Origin: an uncultured delta proteobacterium
Lineage (GTDB): Bacteria > Desulfobacterota > Binatia > UBA9968
Length of the DNA: 64,000 bases
NCBI GenBank assembly: GCA_963755715.1
Contig: CAVWLW010000041.1
Coordinates: 32,001-96,000, forward strand
Reading direction: 5' to 3'
Shown here: positions 1-10,157 of the stretch, piece after piece
Layout of the letters: every line of letters begins with the position of its first letter
How positions within the stretch are numbered: the first letter of the stretch is position 1
The notes under the pieces: model-generated
Database searches by the model: none
The model's input: only the letters and a program-made list of their open reading frames with translations
Told to the model about the DNA's origin: nothing
Made by a program: the position numbers and the translations under genes

Positions 1-484
1 AAGCCGCATAGGCAGCGCCGGTCGCGTAAGGCGATACGCCACTGACCGAGCCGATGTTGACGATCGTGCCATAGCCCTGCTGCCGCATCGCCGGAATGGC
101 TGCGCGGCAACAGAGCATCGTCCCGTCGACGTTCACCCGGAAGGTCTCTCGCCACGTGTCGAGCTTGTGCATCTCGATCGTCTCCAGCGGATGATAGGCC
201 GCATTGTTGCACAGAAGATCGAGCGAGCCGAAGGCCTGCAACGCGGCGTCGACGGCCGACGCCGCGCCCTGCTCGGAACCGATGTCGGCTTCGACGACCC
301 TGACGCGATCGCCGAATTCCGCCAGCGCAGCCCGCGCACTTGCACAGGCTTGCGCATCGCGATCGACGGCGACGACTGAGCCGCCGAGCGCGAGAAAATG
401 GCGGACGATCCCAAGCCCGATCCCCGAAGCGCCACCTGTGACGACGCTCGAGCGCGGATGATCAGGAAGCTCGGCTCGACGCAC
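1..484 (-). CDS. SDR family oxidoreductase (3' end outside window; not in ORF track)
   Basis: Manual translation from GTG at 484: VVTGGASGIGLG Rossmann motif ... VNVDGTMLCCRAAIPAMRQQGYGTIVNIGSVSG ... AAYAA. Confidence 0.85.
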   Translation of the reverse strand, partial: MRRAELPDHPRSSVVTGGASGIGLGIVRHFLALGGSVVAVDRDAQACASARAALAEFGDRVRVVEADIGSEQGAASAVDAALQAFGSLDLLCNNAAYHPLETIEMHKLDTWRETFRVNVDGTMLCCRAAIPAMRQQGYGTIVNIGSVSGVSPYATGAAYAA

Positions 485-490
485 AGGCGG

Positions 491-1270
491 TTAGCTCAGG
501 CGCGGCTGCGGCCACTTGAATCGGCCATCGAGCGTAGGCGGCTTGAGGCCAGAAGCCTCGTAGGCCCACACGCCGATCTGGTCAGACCAAATACGGTTGA
601 CCGCCTGGCGATCGCGGATCGCCTGCAGGCAGGCGTCCTGCTTCTCCTTCGTGTCGGCGTACTTGGCGAGAATTTCGAGCGGCGCGTCGCCGTGACCGCC
701 GTCGGACGAATCCGCCTCGTCGGCCGCATCCCAGTGCGCTAGAGCCTTCTCGTCAAGCTTCAGCTTGTCCCAGTTCTCGCGAGACGTGCGGGCGCGATCA
801 CCGACCCGCTTGATCATCGCCTTGCCGCGGGCGACCTCGTTGCCGGCGATGCTCGCGAAGGCTTCGAGCCAGGGGCGATAGCGGCTCACATATTCGCAAT
901 AGGTGATGCGCATCTTGGTGATCGGCGCGCCCTGATAGTTGTAGATGTAGTCGCGATCGAGGCCGAGCGCGACCGCGAAGTCAACAAGGCTTTCGTAATG
1001 GCCGGTGATGATCGTCGGATCGCGCACCTCCTCCACGAAGGCATTTTCGATCAGATACTGCCGCACTTCGAGGATCGGGCAGTTGCCGGCGATGTTGGTC
1101 AGCCAGCGCGGAAAGTTGGCGGCGAACACGCAATGTTCGAGCGCGTAGACGCGCGCTCCTTCACGCGTCATGTGATTGGCGTTGTAGGTCTCGAGCAGGG
1201 TCGGGACGGTCCACCGCCCTTCCTCCAACACATCGAGAATGGCTTCCTTGAACTGTTCTGCACTACGCAT
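491..1270 (-). CDS. Heme-oxygenase-like diiron redox enzyme (PqqC/CADD/TenA superfamily)
   Basis: FPRWL, ENAFVEE...GHYESLVDFAVALGLD and E...H...D...H ligand pattern. Confidence 0.7.
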   Translation of the reverse strand: MRSAEQFKEAILDVLEEGRWTVPTLLETYNANHMTREGARVYALEHCVFAANFPRWLTNIAGNCPILEVRQYLIENAFVEEVRDPTIITGHYESLVDFAVALGLDRDYIYNYQGAPITKMRITYCEYVSRYRPWLEAFASIAGNEVARGKAMIKRVGDRARTSRENWDKLKLDEKALAHWDAADEADSSDGGHGDAPLEILAKYADTKEKQDACLQAIRDRQAVNRIWSDQIGVWAYEASGLKPPTLDGRFKWPQPRLS

Positions 1271-1599
1271 ATAGCTTCCTCATGGTAGGTAGGCGCTGAT
1301 TTCAAAAGGCGAAATTGCTCCTTCAACGTTCGCTGAACCATATCGTAAAGACGGGCGCCTTTCCATTCTTGAGCTTCTTCGCGAATTCGTCCCAACGATC
1401 GATTACTACATCGATCATGTGTCTGTCGTAGATACAGAAGAACGCTAGGCCTGGTTCGAGATCTTCTCGGGTTCAAAAAAACATTATCCCACAGCGCCAA
1501 CCGGGCTTATCCGCCCATGAGAGTTACTACGTGATCGACACTTTGAACAATGAATTGAACGGCCCGGCTTCTTCCCACGAATGGAATGATTGGAACGTT

Positions 1600-2607
1600 T
1601 TAGCGTTCCGCTAAAACCGATTTAACAAACCCGCTCTGATCGAGCTCGCGCACGATCCGGCTATCAGCGAAATCTTCCGGCTTTGCCCCCTTGGCTTTGG
1701 CGTTCGTCGGCTCCAATCCCCGCAGCAAGCTCGCGATTCCCGGCACCGACGGATATGGCGGCAGCACCAAATTGCTTTTGATGATCAGGTCATAACTTTC
1801 TTCCAATACCTCGCGGTCGTCCGTGCGGAATGTTCTTCCCATCGCTTTGAGCGCGAAGGCTTTGTCTTTCTGCCCGCGGGCGACCCCTTCGATGTACGCC
1901 CGCATGAAGCGTCGAACCGTGTCTTCATTGGTTTTTAAGTAACGGCGCGTAGTGACCACGCCATTGATATGATACTCGGCGTCGAGCTTGGACATATCGA
2001 GCAACTCTTTCAGCTTTACTTTTTTCGCCTGCAACGTCGCCGGCGGGCTCAGCGCCGCGGCGTGAATTTTGCCGGTCAGGATCGCTGTCACCGTTTCCGC
2101 CGGTCCGCCGGTCTGAACCATCGTGATGTCGCGCTCCGGATCTACGCCATAAAATCGCAGCGCAAATCGCGATGCGAGATCGGACAGCGTACCGAAGCGC
2201 GTCGTGCCAAACACCTTGCCCTTCAAATCTTCCATTCGGCCGATTTCCGGCCGGCTATAGATCCAGAACAGGAACTTTTTGACGATGGTCGCGATGATCA
2301 CCGTGTCGGCGCCGGCTAAATTGGCTTGGATCGACGCGGCACCACCGAGTTGGATGATGGGCAATTCGCCGGCAAGCATGGCCTGCAGCGCCAGAGAGCT
2401 TCCTGGAATACTGATGGCCTCGACACTGAGCCCATGCTTCTCGTAGAAATTTCCTTCCTTGGCGAGCCACATGGACATCTGCGTCGCCGAGGTGGAACCG
2501 CCGCCCACGCGAATCCTATCAATCTTTTTTTCCTGGCCTGCAACTGGAACAGCGAATAGAGCGGCGAAAACGATGGCGCTGCAACACTGAAGATGAATTT
2601 TTCTCAC
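1600..2607 (-). CDS. ABC transporter substrate-binding protein, SsuA/NMT1/THI5-like
   Basis: Signal peptide; WLAKEGNFYEKHGL, DLKGK, DSRIVRELDQSGF. Confidence 0.9.
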   Translation of the reverse strand: MRKIHLQCCSAIVFAALFAVPVAGQEKKIDRIRVGGGSTSATQMSMWLAKEGNFYEKHGLSVEAISIPGSSLALQAMLAGELPIIQLGGAASIQANLAGADTVIIATIVKKFLFWIYSRPEIGRMEDLKGKVFGTTRFGTLSDLASRFALRFYGVDPERDITMVQTGGPAETVTAILTGKIHAAALSPPATLQAKKVKLKELLDMSKLDAEYHINGVVTTRRYLKTNEDTVRRFMRAYIEGVARGQKDKAFALKAMGRTFRTDDREVLEESYDLIIKSNLVLPPYPSVPGIASLLRGLEPTNAKAKGAKPEDFADSRIVRELDQSGFVKSVLAER

Positions 2608-3017
2608 GTTTCTTTCTCCTTAGCGCCGATCTCGTAAAACCCCGCCTCTTGCGCGCTCTCGGCGACCGAGCGCTTGCGCCAAAGGTTCCATGGTCGAGGA
2701 ATTGAACCGGCGAGGCACCACTCACCGGCGCGCGCCTGGTTTTGCGCCAACAATCTTTCGTAGATCCGGATCAGCCGCTCCGGCTCCTGATCGCCGGAGG
2801 CCGCGATAACCTGTTCCGAATATTTGTTGACGATCACGGCGCGAGGCAGCTTCGCTTCAAGCGCCTCGCCAGGCGCGGACTGGAGCCCTTGAATGAGAAA
2901 AACCCAACCGAATGAACGCTCCGCAATGCCATTGTGAGCGATCGAGAATTGCGCGGATTCGAACCGCGAGTTGAGCCGCGCAAGAACCAACTCTTCGGCC
3001 TGTGGTTGACTCAGCAT
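2604..3017 (-). CDS. Hypothetical protein with YrhB/Imm35-like N-terminus
   Basis: MLSQPQAEELVLARL...ERSFGWVF...VIVNK pattern; 4-bp overlap with downstream gene. Confidence 0.5.
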   Translation of the reverse strand: MLSQPQAEELVLARLNSRFESAQFSIAHNGIAERSFGWVFLIQGLQSAPGEALEAKLPRAVIVNKYSEQVIAASGDQEPERLIRIYERLLAQNQARAGEWCLAGSIPRPWNLWRKRSVAESAQEAGFYEIGAKEKET

Positions 3018-3366
3018 CGTGCTATGTCATTCATGCCGCTTATCAACGACCGCATGGGCGTCGTTCCTTGAATATTCACAGCGCAAGGCTCATTAGCCGC
3101 CGCATCTTCTCCAGATCCAGCCGTCGAAGGAACCCCGGGTTACGAAACCAGAGCGTGTTGAAACGAAAATCAAACATCTCGTATCGTATCGTTGGCCGGC
3201 CATTTCTCGATGATCATGCGATAAGTAGCGGCAACATAACCGGTGCGTCTTTGCAAACGATGATGCAAATAAATTGGACGGATTTCAGAGAGCAACCGAG
3301 CTGTGATGGGAGATCTCCCATGTGTTGCGCGATTTTAACCGCTCAGCACGGCCCTGGCAAACGAGG

Positions 3367-4170
3367 CTAATCCATCTTAAGAAAGTCGCTTACCAGCGCG
3401 TTGAAACGATCGGCTTGATCCCACTGCACCCAATGGGCGCATTGATCGAACAAGTGAAACTCGGCGTTGGGAATGAGTTGAAAGAGCAGGAGGCCGCGCT
3501 CCACTGAAACGCCGCGATCTTGAGCGCCCCATAGAAGCAGCGTCTTCGTCTTTAGATTGGCCAATTCGTTGAACAGCGGGCGCGGCGGTTTGACCCCGCG
3601 CCGCAGCTGCGCCGCTTCTTGATTCTTGCCGATGCTCATCTCATGGCGCGCGCGCACCAGCTCTTCGGTGACGAGCTCCTTGCGAAACAGTGTGCCGAGC
3701 GTTAGCGCTCGCATATTCTCCAAGCTCGGCACATACTCGCGCAACTCTTCGGAGTGCTTCTGTCCCAGCACTTGCGATTCCGACGATCCTTTGGGCGCCA
3801 GCGTACCGCTGGTGGTGGTGACGAACTTACCGACTCGAGAATCTTCCAGCGCCAAGCGCGCGGCAATGTATCCGCCGACCGAGTTGCCGACGACGTGGTA
3901 ACGATCGAGTTTTAGGGCGTCGATGAACGCCTTGGCATGGGTTACGCGATACTCGATGGAAAGATCGGCTGGATTATCCGTGCGGCCGAATCCCGCTTGA
4001 TCGTAGGCGTAGACGGTAAACCCGGCCGCAGCCAGCGGCTCGATATTGAGCTGCCAATTGACTTGAGCCGAAGCGCCCGGCGCGGCGCCGTGAAATAGCA
4101 CGACCGGAAAACCGCTGCCGGCTTTAACGTAGAAGGTTTTCAGCCCGTCAGCGTCAATGTATGCATCCAT
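3367..4170 (-). CDS. Alpha/beta hydrolase, meta-cleavage product (MhpC/BphD-like) family
   Basis: HGAAPGAS, GNSVGG nucleophile elbow, CAHWVQWD; start reassigned to ATG 4170. Confidence 0.85.
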   Translation of the reverse strand: MDAYIDADGLKTFYVKAGSGFPVVLFHGAAPGASAQVNWQLNIEPLAAAGFTVYAYDQAGFGRTDNPADLSIEYRVTHAKAFIDALKLDRYHVVGNSVGGYIAARLALEDSRVGKFVTTTSGTLAPKGSSESQVLGQKHSEELREYVPSLENMRALTLGTLFRKELVTEELVRARHEMSIGKNQEAAQLRRGVKPPRPLFNELANLKTKTLLLWGAQDRGVSVERGLLLFQLIPNAEFHLFDQCAHWVQWDQADRFNALVSDFLKMD

Positions 4171-4171
4171 G

Positions 4172-4492
4172 CTATTTTCCGATGCCCGCCTCGGCATAGC
4201 GCAGCACTTTGCCGCCTTTCGGCGCGCGCGTCGGACCGTAGGGCGTGTTTTTTTCGACATAGATGCACGAGCCGGCGCTGTATATCGTGCCGCCGATCTC
4301 GATCTCGCCTTCGAGTACGTAAAACATCTCATGGTAGGGATGACTATGCACCGGGATATCCGTATCCGGTCCCCAGTGACGAATCATCATCTCCGGACCC
4401 GATCCGCCGGGCGAAACATGGAGCCACTTGGTATAACCACGCCCACTTTTTTTCTTCTCGACATCGTTTTCATTGACGACATAAACTGCCAT
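4172..4492 (-). CDS. Cupin domain protein
   Basis: HSHPYHEMFYVLEGE cupin motif; RBS GGAGGAGG. Confidence 0.85.
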   Translation of the reverse strand: MAVYVVNENDVEKKKSGRGYTKWLHVSPGGSGPEMMIRHWGPDTDIPVHSHPYHEMFYVLEGEIEIGGTIYSAGSCIYVEKNTPYGPTRAPKGGKVLRYAEAGIGK

Positions 4493-4530
4493 AGATCCTC
4501 CTCCTGCCGCCTGTGCGTGGATATGGGGCG

Positions 4531-4594
4531 AGATCCTTCACGTTGTTCAGGATGACAGACATTGAGTTGTCATGCTGAGTGAAGCGAAGCATCT
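4531..4594. repeat. REP-like inverted repeat pair
   Basis: AGATCCTTCACGTTGTTCAGGATGACA ... TGTCATGCTGAGTGAAGCGAAGCATCT. Confidence 0.7.
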
Positions 4595-4648
4595 GCATTT
4601 GAGCCTCTGGTTGTAAACTTCAAAGACTTTCCAGGCCAGCGCGATCCT

Positions 4649-5872
4649 TTATGCCACTGCCGACGTCTCGCCCAAATTTCGTTCACTTTCCGGCACCCAT
4701 GTTTCATAAGCGGGAATGACGATCATCTTATTTTTTGCCGGATCGCGAACAATGCACTTCGGGTCTTCGCCGCGTTTTACTTTTTCGATTTCGCGCAGAT
4801 ACATCTGACGCAGCTTGATAATACCGTCATCGATCGCCGGCCCGAGATGCTCGTTCTCGCGATCGGCGATCGGCGGCATGCTGTCGACCACCATGCCGTC
4901 TTCGATGAAATGCAGCGGCGGAATCTCGTAACCCAAAACCGGATTGTCGGAATCGCGATATTCTTTGTAAGGCGCGATGAATTCCTGCGGCGGTTTCCAA
5001 CGCTGGCTGAACGGATCGCCTTCGTATTTGCCGGGATTGTCGGACGGCTTGAAGCGCACGCGCATCAGCAATGTGTGAGTGTCGTCGATCGGCACGCTCC
5101 AGCGCGCCGCCGAAACTGGCGTGCCGGCTTGACCGCCGGTTAAATAACGGCCGCCACTGCCGCCGCAGCTGATACCGGGCATCAGTAAATGATGCTCGCG
5201 ATAATTGAGCATGCCTGGCTCTTTGGTCTTGCGATACGCCTTGTACACCATGCCCCATTCGGTTTCGTGAAAGCCGAGCTCCGGCTCGGTGCTCATGATA
5301 TCGGGCCACGCGCCGCCATGGGTGAAACTCGGATGCACCGGATCCATGCCGTTCTCGACGCATTGCAGCCAGTTGCAGTTTTGAAAACCTTGGATGGTGA
5401 TATACACCTCGCCCTCGCCGACGAGAAAATTGTAGCGCGGCACCAGCGGCGCCGGCTGCTGGCCGAAGTAGGCGAAGATCAAACCGCCCAGTTCTTCGAC
5501 CGGATACGACGGCAGGCGAATGTCTTGTTTTCTAATCGGGCTATCGGCAGGCTCGCCGGGAATCTGCACGACCTTGCCGCTCGTGTCATAAAGCCAGCCG
5601 TGATAGCGGCAGCGCACGCCGTCGCGCTCGATATCGCCAAGACACAAGTTGGCGCGCCGGTGCGCGCAGTAGGCGCCGATGACGCCGGCCTTGCCGGTGG
5701 CGTCGCGAAAGAGCACCAAATCTTCACCGAACACGCGAATGAACGTCGGCTTTGATTTTAAGTGCGCTGAAATGCCGATCGGCCACCAGTAACGGCGCAA
5801 AAACTCGCCCATCGGCGTGCCGCGGCCGGTACGCGTGAGAGTTTCATTTTCTTCTTTGGTGGTTTTGTACAT
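4649..5872 (-). CDS. Rieske non-heme iron oxygenase (phthalate 4,5-dioxygenase-like)
   Basis: CAHR...CRYHGW Rieske motif; ENGMDPVHPSFTH mononuclear Fe motif; start at ATG 5872. Confidence 0.9.
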   Translation of the reverse strand: MYKTTKEENETLTRTGRGTPMGEFLRRYWWPIGISAHLKSKPTFIRVFGEDLVLFRDATGKAGVIGAYCAHRRANLCLGDIERDGVRCRYHGWLYDTSGKVVQIPGEPADSPIRKQDIRLPSYPVEELGGLIFAYFGQQPAPLVPRYNFLVGEGEVYITIQGFQNCNWLQCVENGMDPVHPSFTHGGAWPDIMSTEPELGFHETEWGMVYKAYRKTKEPGMLNYREHHLLMPGISCGGSGGRYLTGGQAGTPVSAARWSVPIDDTHTLLMRVRFKPSDNPGKYEGDPFSQRWKPPQEFIAPYKEYRDSDNPVLGYEIPPLHFIEDGMVVDSMPPIADRENEHLGPAIDDGIIKLRQMYLREIEKVKRGEDPKCIVRDPAKNKMIVIPAYETWVPESERNLGETSAVA

Positions 5873-5894
5873 CGACGTTCCTCTAATCCCTCTC

Positions 5895-5972
5895 ACCACG
5901 AAGCGCACGAAGGTCACGAAGGATTCAGATACAGTAATTTTTTAGCTTCGTGCTCTTCGCGACCTTCGTGGT
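5895..5972. repeat. CACGAAG-type REP-like inverted repeat
   Basis: ACCACGAAGCGCACGAAGGTCACGAAG ... CTTCGTGCTCTTCGCGACCTTCGTGGT. Confidence 0.75.
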
Positions 5973-6016
5973 TGCGGCTATTACCACGCTGGGTCCATCG
6001 TGGTCGTAGTTCCCCC

Positions 6017-7049
6017 TCACTGCGCCAGAATTTTTTTCATTCGTTCGACGACGTCCGGCGGTTGGACGACTACTTTTTTCGCGATCGCTTCCAACTCTTG
6101 CCCTGTCACCGGCTCGACTTCCCAATTTCTCTTTTGCGCTTCTGCTTTGAACTCAGGATCGTTAAGCGCTTTCATCAACGCTTCCCGCAGCATCGCTAAA
6201 CGGTCCGCCGGCAAACCGGGCGGCGCAATCAAAGGACGGCCGATCGAATCCGGGGACATCAGCACCACCGCCAAACGCCGGGTTACATCGGATGCTTTCC
6301 GTTTGTCCAAAATCTCATTGACCGTCGGCACGTCAGGCAAACGCGGATCTCGCTTCGGGCTGCCATGCACCAACACCCGCGTGAAGCCACTCTTGGACCA
6401 AGCTGCGCGTCGGCTCGCTGCCGAAGTATCCTTCCAGGCTGCCGGCACGGCACTGCACTTCGCCTTTTTGCATCGCCAGATCGATTTCCGCCGCGCCGGG
6501 GTAACCGGTCACGATGCTGAATTTCACGCCGGCAACTTCTTCGATCAGCCTGGGGAAATAGTGCCCCACCGTGCCGAAAGCGGTGGCGCCGCAACGCGGC
6601 TGCTCCGGCGCGTTACGAATATCTTCGAGGTTTTTATACGGCGTGTCGGCGCGGCCATAGATGATTCGTACCGTCCGCTCCGGCGAGCCGATCCAAGAAA
6701 ACTTCGCCCAATCGAACTTCACTTCCTTCATGTCCGTGAGCTGGTTGAAGTAAAGACCCGGCGTGACAAAGCCGATCGTCAAGCCGTCGGGTTTGGCCAC
6801 GTTGTAAATATAATTCGCCGCGCTCAACGAACCGGCGCCCGGCATATTCTGCGAAATAATATTCGGCTTGCCGGGAATATGTGGCGTCATGGCGCGCGCC
6901 AGCGCCCGCGCCCAGAGGTCGCTGATGCCACCGGGGGAAAATCCGAGCACTAGACGAATCGTCTTGTCCTCAAAAAACGGCGACTCCGCGCGTCCCTGAC
7001 ACACCCAAACCAGTGTGATGAACAAAAAGAACGCAACTCGCTTCAACAA
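6017..7049 (-). CDS. TctC/Bug family tripartite tricarboxylate transporter substrate-binding protein (frameshift near 6400)
   Basis: GFSPGGISD, QNMPGAGS, KPDGLTIG in one frame; RDPRLPDVPT, APPGLPADR in another. Confidence 0.85.
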
Positions 7050-7063
7050 ACACCCGTCTTTAA

Positions 7064-7095
7064 AATTCTCAATTCTCCATTTTCAATTCTTAATT
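7064..7095. repeat. Short heptamer tandem repeat
   Basis: AATTCTC AATTCTC CATTTTC AATTCTT AATT. Confidence 0.5.
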
Positions 7096-8062
7096 ATTCC
7101 TTGAAATCCATCCGCGGGTCCCAGGAGCGCAGCATATCCAGCTCGTCGAGCACTTCTTTGAGATATTTGAAATTGTAGTAATCGCTCACCGGTTTTTTCG
7201 GCAGGTTCCATTCTTTCGTGTAAAAATCCACTTTGCGCTGGTAGGCGTCGAGATCGAGCACCGGTCCCCACTCCTTGTGCACTTCCTCGTAGGCCAGACT
7301 CGCTAACTCGCGGTTGATGAAATGGTTGTGGCGCAGAATCGAGTCGAGCGTTTCTTCCTTGCTATACTTGGCGATCATCACGCCGCGTAGGAGCGCCCGC
7401 ACCATTCCTTTAACGACGAACGGCTTCTCCGCGATTACGGCGGGCGAAGTGGAAAAGCCGGCCTCGGGAATCGAAAAGAGATCACGGCACGACTGGAGCG
7501 CATGACCGCCCATCTGCACCGCGATGTTCCAGTGCGGTGGATCGCAGCACACTGCATCGACTTCGCCTTTTTCGAACAACGCCAAACGGAAACGTTCCGT
7601 ATTGGGCGGCTTGCCGCGGCTATCGATCCACGTAACGTCTTTTTCCGGATCGACGCCGAAGTGGCGCATCACCATCTTGGCGTCCATGCTCGAACCGCCT
7701 TTGAGATCGCCGGCGATCTTTTTGCCTTTGAGATCCGGAACATCTTTGACGTAGGGCTTGGCGACGAAGACATGCGCCGTGCGGTTGGCGATGGACACAA
7801 CGTTGACTTCGCCGTCGATGTGATCGCGATTTTCCAGCACCGAGCGAAACGGCGGCGAGCCGCCGGGCGACTGGAATATAATCGCGCCGTCCTTGCGCCA
7901 TTGATGGCGCGGGTGCTCGCTGTCGGGAATGCCCTGGACTGGTCTCAGGTCGACGTCCAGTCCCTCCTCTTTAAAAAATCCTTTGTCATGGGCAACCCAC
8001 ATGGGCGCCAAATTCATCGGCAATGCCGGGCCGAAGACGACGATCTTTTCGTTTGAATCCAT
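7094..8062 (-). CDS. SsuA/NMT1-like substrate-binding-fold protein lacking a signal peptide
   Basis: APMWVAHDKGFFKEEGLDV, DLKGKKIA; no hydrophobic N-terminal stretch. Confidence 0.8.
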   Translation of the reverse strand: MDSNEKIVVFGPALPMNLAPMWVAHDKGFFKEEGLDVDLRPVQGIPDSEHPRHQWRKDGAIIFQSPGGSPPFRSVLENRDHIDGEVNVVSIANRTAHVFVAKPYVKDVPDLKGKKIAGDLKGGSSMDAKMVMRHFGVDPEKDVTWIDSRGKPPNTERFRLALFEKGEVDAVCCDPPHWNIAVQMGGHALQSCRDLFSIPEAGFSTSPAVIAEKPFVVKGMVRALLRGVMIAKYSKEETLDSILRHNHFINRELASLAYEEVHKEWGPVLDLDAYQRKVDFYTKEWNLPKKPVSDYYNFKYLKEVLDELDMLRSWDPRMDFKE

Positions 8063-8095
8063 CCGCGATCTCCTTAACTAGAACTGAATACAATA

Positions 8096-8173
8096 TTTGG
8101 TCTGGCCAAAGCGTCTGGCTTTTGCTATATAGCAGGCGAATTCGAGCTGTCAAGGAGATTTTGGTCTGACCAT
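8096..8173. promoter_or_regulatory. Two FadR-family operator-like palindromes in a divergent promoter
   Basis: TTTGGTCTGGCCAAA (8096-8110) and TTGGTCTGACCAT (8161-8173) fit TGGT-N3-ACCA, the first with one mismatch. Confidence 0.65.
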
Positions 8174-8963
8174 GATTGAGTTTAACAGTCTCGTCGACAA
8201 AATTGCTCGCGATCTTCAAGAGCAAATTATTCACGGCAAATTAAAGCCGGGCGAACGGTTACCTTCGGAGCGCAGCCTGTGTGCGGTATTCGGCGTCGGC
8301 CGAACGACCATCCGTGAGGCATTGAAGTCGTTAGCCGTGCGCGGGTTGGTGACCCGCTCGGCCCGCGGCGCGGTGATCGCTGATGTCGAATCATTGCATC
8401 TGCCAGGAGCAGATCTTGCCAGCCTAGCCGCGCAAACCTCGATTCGCCAGCTTTTTGAAGTGCGCAAGCTGATGGAAGTCAGGGTCGCCGGCTGGGCGGC
8501 TTTGCGCGCGAGCGCCGAAGATATCGAAGCCATGCGCGCGGCGATCGCAGCCGAAGTCGCACGAGATACCGCCGGCGGCAACCCCAATCGTTTGTTCCAT
8601 GACGCTTTGGCAAAAGCCGCGCACAATCCCGCGCTGGTGCAGGTCTATGAATCCGGGCGCCATCTCTTCTTCCGTCTCCCTTTTTACTGGAAGTTGTTCG
8701 ACGACGCGCAAGTAAAAATGACCAGAGCCGAACGCCACGAGATGGCCCGGCGCTGGCACGAGCAAATTTTCAAAGCGATCGTCGAGCGCGACGCGGCCGA
8801 GGCCGAAGGTGCCATGTTTCAGCATCTGGACATCATGGAGAAAGACTTGCTCGCCAGACTGCAAAGCACCGACGGCGACGGCAAAAATCACCGGCTCTAT
8901 TCTTATCCCCTGTTGGCTGATCTCGATCCGGAGAGGAAAAAAATCCCAGAAGGAAATCGTTAG
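8172..8963 (+). CDS. GntR/FadR family transcriptional regulator
   Basis: LKPGERLPSERSLCAVFGVGRTTIREAL wHTH; FCD domain FHDALAKAAHNP. Confidence 0.92.
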   Translation: MIEFNSLVDKIARDLQEQIIHGKLKPGERLPSERSLCAVFGVGRTTIREALKSLAVRGLVTRSARGAVIADVESLHLPGADLASLAAQTSIRQLFEVRKLMEVRVAGWAALRASAEDIEAMRAAIAAEVARDTAGGNPNRLFHDALAKAAHNPALVQVYESGRHLFFRLPFYWKLFDDAQVKMTRAERHEMARRWHEQIFKAIVERDAAEAEGAMFQHLDIMEKDLLARLQSTDGDGKNHRLYSYPLLADLDPERKKIPEGNR

Positions 8964-8968
8964 CCGCC

Positions 8969-10043
8969 ATGAAAGACAAACTATGGACAACGGGCGCCGT
9001 CAATGTCCTGATCGCGTTTTTGATCCTGCTCGCTCGGTTGATGCCATCGCCGGCTCGAAGCCGCCGAAGCAAAGCCGCGCGAGATGCTCAAGCTGCGTTT
9101 GGGACTTGGCTCGGCGCCGGCGCCGCCGCTGCCCAATTCGGTGCTGTGGCTCGCCAAGGATCTCGGATTCTACGCCCGCGAAGGACTCGACGTCGAGCTG
9201 ACAGAGTTTCAAGGCACGCCGCTGGCGATCGCGGCGATGGTTTCTGGTGATGTCGATGTGGCGAATGTATCGACTTCGGAAGTCATCCGGATGAACGCGA
9301 CAAAAGGCCAGCCCATGCGCGCCATCCACTCACCGGATGCGCGCCTTTATTTTCTCATCGCCGCCAGGGAAGAATTCAAATCGGTCAGCGCCCTCCAAGG
9401 GAGAACTTTCGCGGTTTCGCGCATCGGCAGCGTGGATCATTCACTCTCTTCGATTGCGTTAAAAGCCCTCGGCCTCAATCCCTCCAGCTTAACCATGGTA
9501 GCCATGGGCGTTCCCTCGACCCGTGCCCAGGCCCTGGTGGCCGGACGCATCGACGCTACGTCGCTTTCAGTGGGCACATGGATTACGATCCAGAAGGAAC
9601 CGGGCGTGCGCATTTTGGTCGATCACAACACCTACTTCGAGAACACCGCGGTGGTCGAAAAAGTGAACGCGGCCACAACTAAAGTTCTGGACGAAAAACC
9701 CGAGCATCTGCGGCGCTTCACCGGCGCGATCCTCAAGGCCAGCCGGCATTTTGCGGAAAATCAGGACGCCTGGGTGGCCGCCATTACCAAGCGCCGCCCC
9801 GACCTCGATCGCGCCGACGCGGCCAATCTCTGGACAGGTTTTAAAACCGCTTGGGCGGTAAACGGCTTGATGAATCTCGACGTGTACAGGAAAAGCTCGG
9901 ACTTTTTTTACCAAGTGGGAATGTTGGAGAAGGTTCCGAAAATCGAAGTTGCGGAATGGGCTGATACTCGATTCGTCGACGGCGTGCTAAAGGAAATCGG
10001 CGTCAACGCCAACGCCGATCCCATCGGCCGAACGGTGCGTTAA
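8969..10043 (+). CDS. SsuA/NMT1-like substrate-binding protein (frameshift in signal-peptide region, about 9035-9080)
   Basis: Signal peptide in ORF 8969; mature domain WLAKDLGFYAREGLDV in ORF 9084. Confidence 0.8.
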
Positions 10044-10157
10044 TCGCGGCGCGACGCTCGGTGTTTGACCCATCGTAAATGCATTGTTCAAAATGGTTGA
10101 AAGCGGTATAGAAACCTGACTGAAGAACCTCGTAACAAGTCTTAGGAGGACAAACCC

